From: a virus
Taxonomy: Duplodnaviria > Caudoviricetes
Direction: 5' to 3' (one strand)
DNA: 37,154 nucleotides
Virus record (IMG/VR): IMGVR_UViG_3300027772_000071
Span: 1 to 37,154 of that record
Each line of letters opens with the position of its first letter. Positions within the stretch are counted from its first letter, which is position 1. Position numbers and translations under genes: made by a program. Under the pieces are notes generated by a model. The model was not told the origin of the DNA and ran no database searches. It worked only from the letters and a program-made list of their open reading frames with translations. Below are positions 10,001-18,500 of the stretch, in pieces.

Positions 10001-12558
10001 GGATCCTGATCATATCCGGAGAAGGAACAGGACAATATGCATATGTACAAGCCTACAACAGCGGCACCAAAGTTTGTACAGTGTATAGAGAAAGTGATGA
10101 TTTGCCCGGATGGGATCACGTGTTACCAGGCACGCCATCGGCGACATTATTGACCACAGGCACACGATATCGTATTGAACCAAGACCTACATTTAGCGCA
10201 CCAGGATTTACCGCTACCACTGTTACATTTGCCACTGCCGGCGCTTGGGCAGCTGTGGTATATGGAGAAACCAGCCAAACATTTACTAATGTATCAGGAA
10301 CTGTTGGCACAGGCACTACTGTAGAAGTTGTGCCAGCACCTGCTAGATTCACAGTAGTAAAAACAGGAAGAACTTATTCGATTACACAGACCGACGGCGG
10401 TGCAGGATACGCTGTAGGCAATATAATAACCATCAACGGCAACGATGTCGGCGGCACAATAGTAGAGCATGACATTGTATTAACAGTCACTGATATTTCA
10501 GACGACAGCACCAACTCAGTTGTAACATATGTGATAGCTGACACCAGTTTAATTGCTGCCAGTGGTAGATTTGTAATTACTCCAACATCAGGCCATTTTG
10601 GCAGATACTCGTCCGACGGCGAAAATTTTATTGTTTGTGATCTACCAAATGACGGAAACTGGAAATGTCTTGCAGCAGGCAACAATAAATTTGTTGCAGT
10701 TAAATACGGCAGCTCAGATGCTGCTAGTAGCACCAATGGTATAGATTGGACCTTACAAACTATGCCGGCTTCGAGAAACTGGTCAGGTGCTGTTTACGGA
10801 AAGCCATCAACAGCAAGTACAGGGATATTTGTAGCAGTAGCAGATAATTTAAATTCTGCAGCATATTCTATCAATGGCACATCTTGGACATTTTCTGCAT
10901 TGCCTACATTTGGTGATTCTACTTTAAACGAATACGTAGATGTTGCGTTTGGATCAAACGTGTTTGTGGCCGTTGCCAACTCCAGCAACATAGCTGCGGT
11001 AGGCACCTGGAACGGAACAGCTCTGTCTTGGCAAGGCACTATCATGGATGTGGTTGCTGATTCATCATCGAAAGACTGGGTCAGTGTTGCATACGGTAAC
11101 AGAAGATTTGTTGCTATTTCTTCTACCGGTGATGTAGCGTATAGTTTCGATGGGTTCTCATGGCTCCCAGCTACCATGCCATCGCAGGACGGATCTACAG
11201 CACATAACTGGAAGCAGATTAGATACGGACAAGGAGTTTTCTTTGCAGTAGGAGATACGGGCTCTAGAGATATCGGAGCAGATCCAACTGCCGGAATTAC
11301 TACATATGCAGCAACATCATATGACGGTATAGTGTGGACTCCGAGAACACTAACATCTGCAGAAAACTGGGGAGTGGTAGCTTTTGGAAATCCAGATATC
11401 ACACTAGGCGATAGCACCTTGTCAAACAACAAACCAACTTGGCTTGCCTTGCCCGGTACGACTTCTTACACGTTTAATAAAATTTACACAGGTGCTAGAG
11501 CACTAGGAAGAATTGTATTAGGTGGTGTCACAGTTGGCTCGATTAAAATTTGGGAACCAGGCAGCGGCTACGATTCAGCCCCTACACTAACCGTTACTGA
11601 TCCCAATAACACTGACGACCCAACGTTTAGACCAAGGTTAGCCGATGGTTCATTGGCCCAACCGACATTTGTATCCAAGGGTGTTTCATACAAAACCAGC
11701 ACCACTAGCATTGTTGTCACTGGTGATGGATTTGCAGATAAAACTCCTGTTGGAAAATTTCTTACCGTAGACGGCCTCACAGTGATGCCTGGACCAGGCG
11801 CACAGTTTTATATCGCTGGTAGTTCATCGTATAGAGTAGCGGTTATAGTAGGAATCAATGAGGAACTACTACCAGATGGAACTACACGATCTACATTCCA
11901 GATTAGTCCTAGTTCCACTATAGCTCAGTTTATTGAACACGGAATGGAAGTACTGATTCGTGAAAAATACAGCCAGGTTCGCATAACTGGTCATGATTTC
12001 TTAGATATCGGTACAGGAAACTTCTTAGAAACCAACTATCCTGAGTTGTATAAAAACTACGATTTTACAACACAGCCGTTCCAAGAAGTTCAAAATCTAA
12101 ATGGTGGACGGGTATTCTATACATCCACTGACCAGGATGGTAACTTCCGCGCAGGAGAACAATTTGCTGTAGAACAAAGCACTGGTATTATCACAATCGC
12201 TGCAGAGTTCTTTGATCTAGCAGGCCTTACAGAATTAAGATTGGCAGGAATTAACGTAGGATCTACGGCTGTTATTAGAGAATTTTCTAAGGACGGACTA
12301 TTCTTGCAGAACTCTAATAATATAATACCTACACAGCGAGCAGTTAGGTCATATTTGAGTAGTAGATTAAACGTAGGTGGTGAAGATTTGCTCACACCTA
12401 GTATTACCGCTGGTACAGTTAAGATAGGGCCAACGTCTATTGAATCCACAGCAGGATTAACAATAAACATACCTGTTGTTGCAGACTTCTCTGGATCCGC
12501 AAGTGGAGTAGGTTACGGTTATGTGGCTCAGACCATGTTTTACCGTAGAGTGAATTAA
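7039..12558 (+). CDS. Giant multi-domain virion protein (1839 aa): 7 CBM5/12-like repeats, beta-helix-like core, propeller; paralog of 12586
   Basis: Seven W....Y...D.V...G..Y.C...H repeats. Shares SLDPGWGP, GQKVDGALHNGGN.SIVSNDFTQ, GHDFLDIGTGNF.ETNYP and GGRVFYTSTDQDGNFR with 12586. Has S.DG..W repeats. Confidence 0.8.
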   Translation: MAEFKITRFRYTWTGDWDTTVATYYKDDVVYYQGSSWVCIRQHSPTVFVTDQSYTPAGETDAVPAWTKTTEGRKFLGQWASSTRYDPGVLVISGGNLYLCIISHESSTYFNTNADKFEIFATGHNFRNTWTASTRYSVGDAVRYNGYTYQCTLEHTSGTASEGIIIGNNDANDDSTAETWSVIVENYTYVGGYQPSTRYRQNDLVKYGGSILKCITEHTSSSQITNVNFQTYLSGFEFDNQWNSSTYYAIGDIVRHGGVVYVAATNNLNNQPGQSLLYDYGPGDPNWTVVAKGIRFRGEYDAQSSIQYQEGDVVRRGGALWVSLTNQFTDDSSLRSLDTSNWQVVIAAQNITGGWRDNQYYNLYDIAYFRGVTYVASTPHFSSFENSPGDNGEGVDYWTTLVTGNESNALTVKGDILSFGLRRNILEDGSTVFTLGDGSTYGNISVPIGAEDQLLYVENNQGDLDYTNWGTLNRIYYVATTGVDNDDPQRGVNYFKPYRTVKFALEKANDGYSGTTSIQVSTGEYQELCPMIVPARTAIIGEELRSVSIRASEPVAEYVQDTDKFLESIINIGTKLGNIIQGLNANLSLGNNISQITAGAATATEAAIVNSLWSSIISVIEYKVNDSGAMPAVTGSNTLTAGGRLVAVNILEANRAVIKAESAAWMANTYALYIYDLEQWSTDIDRLINAVQYDLQYPGNYKSVLEAKWYANKVIGSQLEDMFYVRDTTGIRNMTLRGLEGTLPAIAAGNVYSIPTAGAFVSLDPGWGPADERTWIINRSCYVQNVTTIGTGAVGQKVDGALHNGGNKSIVSNDFTQVISDGIGAWMLNGGRGELVSVFSYYAHIGMFSQNGGIIRATNGNSSYGDFGAIADGIDPTETVRYGSVNTQTEQAVVAAAYAGEILDFILGLEFSNCGQNYTTASYAITSSGSGAVAIQEEFRDNSMFECQVLTGGTGFTQRGNQAQSGSPTTITLASAESATEAQILGMRILIISGEGTGQYAYVQAYNSGTKVCTVYRESDDLPGWDHVLPGTPSATLLTTGTRYRIEPRPTFSAPGFTATTVTFATAGAWAAVVYGETSQTFTNVSGTVGTGTTVEVVPAPARFTVVKTGRTYSITQTDGGAGYAVGNIITINGNDVGGTIVEHDIVLTVTDISDDSTNSVVTYVIADTSLIAASGRFVITPTSGHFGRYSSDGENFIVCDLPNDGNWKCLAAGNNKFVAVKYGSSDAASSTNGIDWTLQTMPASRNWSGAVYGKPSTASTGIFVAVADNLNSAAYSINGTSWTFSALPTFGDSTLNEYVDVAFGSNVFVAVANSSNIAAVGTWNGTALSWQGTIMDVVADSSSKDWVSVAYGNRRFVAISSTGDVAYSFDGFSWLPATMPSQDGSTAHNWKQIRYGQGVFFAVGDTGSRDIGADPTAGITTYAATSYDGIVWTPRTLTSAENWGVVAFGNPDITLGDSTLSNNKPTWLALPGTTSYTFNKIYTGARALGRIVLGGVTVGSIKIWEPGSGYDSAPTLTVTDPNNTDDPTFRPRLADGSLAQPTFVSKGVSYKTSTTSIVVTGDGFADKTPVGKFLTVDGLTVMPGPGAQFYIAGSSSYRVAVIVGINEELLPDGTTRSTFQISPSSTIAQFIEHGMEVLIREKYSQVRITGHDFLDIGTGNFLETNYPELYKNYDFTTQPFQEVQNLNGGRVFYTSTDQDGNFRAGEQFAVEQSTGIITIAAEFFDLAGLTELRLAGINVGSTAVIREFSKDGLFLQNSNNIIPTQRAVRSYLSSRLNVGGEDLLTPSITAGTVKIGPTSIESTAGLTINIPVVADFSGSASGVGYGYVAQTMFYRRVN

Positions 12559-12561
12559 ACA

Positions 12562-12567
12562 TAAATA
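12562..12567 (+). promoter_or_regulatory. Late-promoter-like TAAATA box
   Basis: ATAAATA in the 27-nt gap between the two giant genes, followed by a GGAG RBS. Confidence 0.55.
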
Positions 12568-12585
12568 TAGATACTGGAGTGTACG

Positions 12586-15500
12586 ATGGCAGAATTTAAA
12601 TTAGGTAGAATTAGATTTGTTTGGAAAGGTGCTTGGAGTGCAAGCACGGTCTATTACAAAGATGACGTGGTTCGCTTTGGCGGAAAGGTGTATCTGTGTC
12701 AAACTGGACACACTGCTAATGCTAATTTCAATGTTGATTTGGATATTAATCCGACCAAATGGAATCTAATGGCCGATGGCCAACGTTGGAGAGATGAGTG
12801 GTCCACAGTTACAGTATACGAGGAAGGCGATTTAGTAAAATACGGCGGCATAGTATACGTTTGCATAGACGGCCATACATCCGCAGCCACAGCTACTCTA
12901 GGATTAGAAAACAACTCTGCTGCCTGGAATCAATTTGTTGAAGGAACAGACTGGAAAGGTACTTGGACTGTTTTAACAAGATATAAATTAAATGACATAG
13001 TTAGATACGGCGGTATTAACTATATCTGTATCACAGGGCACACAAGTGCGGCTACAGCAGCATCAGGATTAGAAGACAATTCTGCTAGTTGGCAAGTGTA
13101 TACACAAGGACAAGAATATCTAGGAACTTGGGTTACAGCCACTCGTTACAAATTAAACGACGTTGTAAAATACGGTGCTGGTCTATGGATCTGTACAACA
13201 CAACACTCTGCCGGCGCAAGTTTTTCAGGAGATTCTGCAAATTGGGCACAGTATGTTGAAGGCTTAGAATATGAAAGTAACTGGAACAATGTTACTGCCT
13301 ATCAGCCGGGTGATGTGGTCAAATACGGCGGCAACAATTATGTGTCAAAGACACAACATCTCAATTCAAATCCTCTAACAGGCACCACAGATTGGGATCT
13401 GTTCGCAGAAGGTTTAAGCTTTCAACAGAGTTGGGCAGGAGGTACTTCTTATAAAATAGGTGAAGTGGTCACACACGGCGGCAACAACTACATAGCGATA
13501 GCAGATAGTCCGAGTGCAACTTATACATTTACAGCAGCTACCGCATCCAATGATCGATTTACTGCTGCATCAACTACAGGAATTGTAGTTGGTATGACTG
13601 TGAGATTCACAGGATCCACATTCGGAGGAGTATTTACTAGTGGTAGATATTATGTTAAAACAGTAGCAGCTGGTTACATTACAATCAGCACCACTTCCAG
13701 CGGAACAACATTTAACGTTGCAGCGGATGCCAGCGGATCAATGACTGCCACAGTCAGCGGGGAGCCACCAAACACAGCATACTGGGCAGCGATCTCAACC
13801 GGAATGAACTGGAGAGGCGCATGGGCAGACGACACAGAATACAACGCCGGCGATACAGTTAGTCATGGAACAAACAGTTATATCTGTGTATCACAACACA
13901 GATCAGAAGGTGACGATGGCTCTACATTGGGTACCGAGGGCGGTGGTCAAGCATTAAGTCGCCCAGACCTTGATGCCACAGGCACATATTGGAATGTTGT
14001 AGCTGTAGGCAGCGAAGCTTCAGTGCTAACTACCACAGGTGATTTGGTATATTACGGTGGTGCAGGCCCAACAAGACTACCAGTCGGGACCGAAGGACAG
14101 GTACTGCGTGTGAGTTCTGCAGGTACTCCAGAATGGGTTACATGGGGCAGCACTAGTCACGTTTATTACGTGTCTACAGAGGGAGAGGATCGTCCTTGGC
14201 CAGACTGCGGCGCATCATTAGACAAGCCGTGGAAAACCATACGATATGCCTGCGAACAGATAGACAACGGGCCAAGAAATCCTAACGCACAACATCTACT
14301 AGAATTAAATCGAGCATTCATACAAAAAGAAATTACCAGCTGGACTGATTATCAAATCACTAACAATATTGCGCCATTTACATCAGCATTTGACTATGAC
14401 GAATACAAGTGTGAGCGAGATGTTGGATTTATCATTGATAGATTAATCTGGGATTTAGGCCACGGCGGCAACTTAAAAATACGTGCCGCAGCTTTTAGCT
14501 TGCTAGGAGCATTTGGTGAAGCTGGAGAATTCTCTGCAGGAGAAGAAAGTGTTCCATATGTAACACTGGCAGCAGAAGCAGACGAAGGTGTTGCAGCCTA
14601 CGAACAATTAAAATTAGTAGTAGCAAAGGTACTAGCTAATCAAGCGCCAACCACTGCTTATCAAACACTGGCCTTGGACTCTACAGCGATTGTCGCTCAA
14701 TATATCAACACTGATTATGTGGCCGAACCTGGAACTACTACAACTAGTGACGAATTAATTGACATTGTTATTACAGCTCTTACAGATTTAGACACTGATG
14801 CTCTTCCAGCAAGACGTGTACCTAATAACACAATTAATATTAAAACTGGACAGTACAGAGAAACATTGCCTATTATTGTGCCTGTAGAAACTGCACTAGT
14901 AGGTGATGAAAAACGTTCTGTGAACGCTGGCCCAGCAGGCAGTTTAACCAGTGGAGATGATGCAAAATACAGCATTGGTGCTTTGACTAGACTAGAAACT
15001 GTGGTTGGACAGATTATTCTTGGAACAAATGTAACAGAATCATCTGGTAACACTGCTACACAGAGTGCTGACTTTCCTTATGCTAGTTCTGTAGAAGTAA
15101 CAGACATCAAGAGACTAGTTAGAACAATGCAGCACCAGATTGATTTTAAAATCGGAACCACCCACATGGAGAGTTCTGCGAATCCCACAGGATATAATAC
15201 TGTATTCCTGGTAGGGTTCGGTGATGCACGAACTCTAATACGTGAAAACAAAGAATTTATCAAGGAAGAAATCACTGCTTATTTGACTGCAAATTTCAGT
15301 TCAGTGAAATACAGCAAGACTAAATGCAAGCGGGATGTAGGTTTTATCATTGATGCTATGATATATGATTTGACCTATGACGGAAAATGGGCCACTCTTA
15401 ACGCAGGCACAGCATACTTTGACGGCGAGAACAGCGTTGATCTACAAATTGACAGCACAGAAATAGCTGCTACTGTGGCCGCTTACGGTAGATTAAAAAC

Positions 15501-18500
15501 AGTGGTACAGCAGATCATTGCCAACACCACAGTAACTAAATCTGCTGCCAACACTGCTACTCAATGGACTGACTCAACAAACTTGTCAGGTGGTTCAGCT
15601 GCTAATGCCACAGTAGGCGCATTAGTTGACATAATCACCAACATCATACAAGGCGATTCTACTGAATCTACAACGCCACAGATCAATGTTACTACTATAG
15701 CCACATTAAACACACTGACATCTATTGCTCACGGATTGGCTGTAGGCGATGCAGTGATCCCAAGAACCACTGCCAACGGACTGGTCAACGGAACAAAATA
15801 TTGGGTGGTAACAGTAGGCTCTGTCGATACATTCCAACTTGCAGCCACATATGGTGGCGCAGTGCTGGCTTCATTTACTAACGGAGCTGGCCTCGACATT
15901 GATTTAGAAGTTATTGATTATCCAACAGCAACAAATGCAGTGACATCAACCACTGCATTGATAGCAGCCGCAGTAACATTAGATGCTGCACAAGAAACCA
16001 TAGTCACTGCTGCCACAGCTTATATCACTGCTAACTATCCCACATTGGTCTATAACTCTGCTAAATGTGAAAGAGATGTGAGATTGATTTTAGAAGCGGT
16101 GATGTTTGACTTTATGTTCAACAGTAACTTTAAAACTAGAGAAGCAGCATACTCATATTTGAGAGCCACGGCTGCTGATGTATTCACACTGAATCAGAAG
16201 ACTGCTACTAGAGCTTCATTTACCTATGTTAAAGGATTGGCCAGCGCCAACGTAGGTGGCAACGCCACTGCACAGGCTCGTATTGAAACACTGATGACAC
16301 TGTTGGATGACATTGTCTACGGTGCTACCAACGAAGGATCTATATGTCAAACAAGTATTAGAAGTGCTGATTGGGCTAGACTACAACTAGAACGTAATCG
16401 TGCTTATATCTCTGCTGAAATATCAGCTTATATCGGCGCAACTTATACAACTACAGTAACGGTGGCTACAGCAGCCACAGACATATTCACATGCACAGAC
16501 ACTAGCTGGATGGTAAGAAATGCAGCCATTAGATTCACAGGCACAGTATTTGGTGGAATAACTACCGGCACAACTTATTACATACAGAATGTGGTAAGCG
16601 CCACAACATTTAAAATTTCAACAACCAGGAACAGCAACACTGCATTCGATACTCAGCTTAATGAGTCAGGCTCAATGACTGTGAGTCTATACTACGACAG
16701 TGCGGCATGCCTGCGAGATGTAGATAGATATGTTGATGCGTTGAAATTTGATTTGCAGTATCCTGGCAACTATAAATCTAGATTAGCAGCGAGATATTAT
16801 GCTAACGCAGTAACCGGAAGTCTTGAAGAAGACATGTACTATCTACGCAACGGTACAGGCTTACGCAATCAAACACTTCAAGGCCTAACCGGAGATTTAT
16901 TAGCACCAAACGCATATGGTACTTCGAGAGTAAGTGCAGGCGCATATGCTTCATTGGATCCAGGTTGGGGCCCAGATGACTTCCGTACATGGATTATTGG
17001 ACGTTCCCCTTATGTGCAAAACGTAGCAACATTTGGTTATGCTGCAATCGGTCAGAAGATTGACGGCGCACTACACAACGGCGGCAATGATTCTATTGTG
17101 TCCAATGACTTTACCCAGATTATATCAGACGGTATCGGAGCATGGATTACCAACAATGGTCGCGCTGAATTGGTATCTGTGTTCTCATACTATGCACACA
17201 TAGGTTACCTTGCTGAAGCAGGCGGTCGTATTCGCGGCACCAACGGCAACAACTCCTACGGTGACTTTGGTTCTGTAGCAGAAGGATTCGACGTCACAGA
17301 AACTCCAATATTATGTGAGGTAGATAATAAATCATACCTAGCAGATGTGGGCAGTGTTATCACCGACGGTGTTGATAAGATTTGGCAGTTTGAATATGAC
17401 AATGCCGGATCTGATTATACCGAAGTCACCTGGACGGTGTCAGGTGGCGGCGCAGGTGCCAGTGTTGAACAAGATGATTTCCGTGACGATGCTGTATTCC
17501 AAGTAAGATTGATAGACAACGTAGATGATTCAACTACAGCTCCTGAAGCTGACGGTAACCTAGGGGGTAGCGGATATCTATCCAATGCCAACACTGCCCA
17601 AAGTGGCACAACCACTCAACTAACACTAGCAGCCACTGATGACGAAATCAGCAATGCCTATGTAGGTATGAAGTTGATTGTAACTTCGGGCGCTGGAGCA
17701 GGACAGGTTGGTATTGTAGATGCATATTCCTCTGGTACAAAAATTGCCACTGTGACCAAAGAAAGCACTGGGGGTGCAGGTTGGGATCATTTGGTTCCGG
17801 GAACTGCTATAGTAGCACCAGATGCTTCATCAACCTATGTAGTTGAGCCAAGAGTTACATTTACTTCACCAACCTACAGCAGTACTGCAAGAACATTAGG
17901 CACAGCTCAGAGCTATACCGATGCAACTTACGCTCCGACTTCTGCAGTGTACTCGCCGATTTCAACCACAACCAGCGGCAGCGGCACAGGCGCTACGTTC
18001 ACTGTGGCAAGAAAAGGTGTAAAATATTCAGCTGTGGTTATTGTTAGTGCAGGAACAGGATATGCAAGACTAGACACACTAACTATTGTTGGCACCAATC
18101 TTGGCGGTGCGCCAAGTGCCAATGATGTTACTGTCACAGTAACAGCAGTTAACGCTACCACTGGAGCAATTACTGCATTTGAATTCACAGGTGTGGGTGC
18201 TGGTAGTAAATTTGTAGCAATAGCCAGCGGTTCAAGAACCACTAATACTTCTACCAACGGTACCACCTGGAGTCAAAACTTGTTGGCATTGCCTAGTACT
18301 TCAGACTGGACATCAATAGCTGCAGGTAAATTAACAACAGTAGAAACTGCAGGTGCATTCGTCATAGGTAGATCCTATGTTATCACTTCACTGGGTAATA
18401 CTGTGTACACCAGCATAGGATCTGCAGCCAATCTAGTCGGCACATATTTTGTGGCCACTGGTATAGGTTCGGGTACAGGTACAGCAACCCCGATTGCCAA

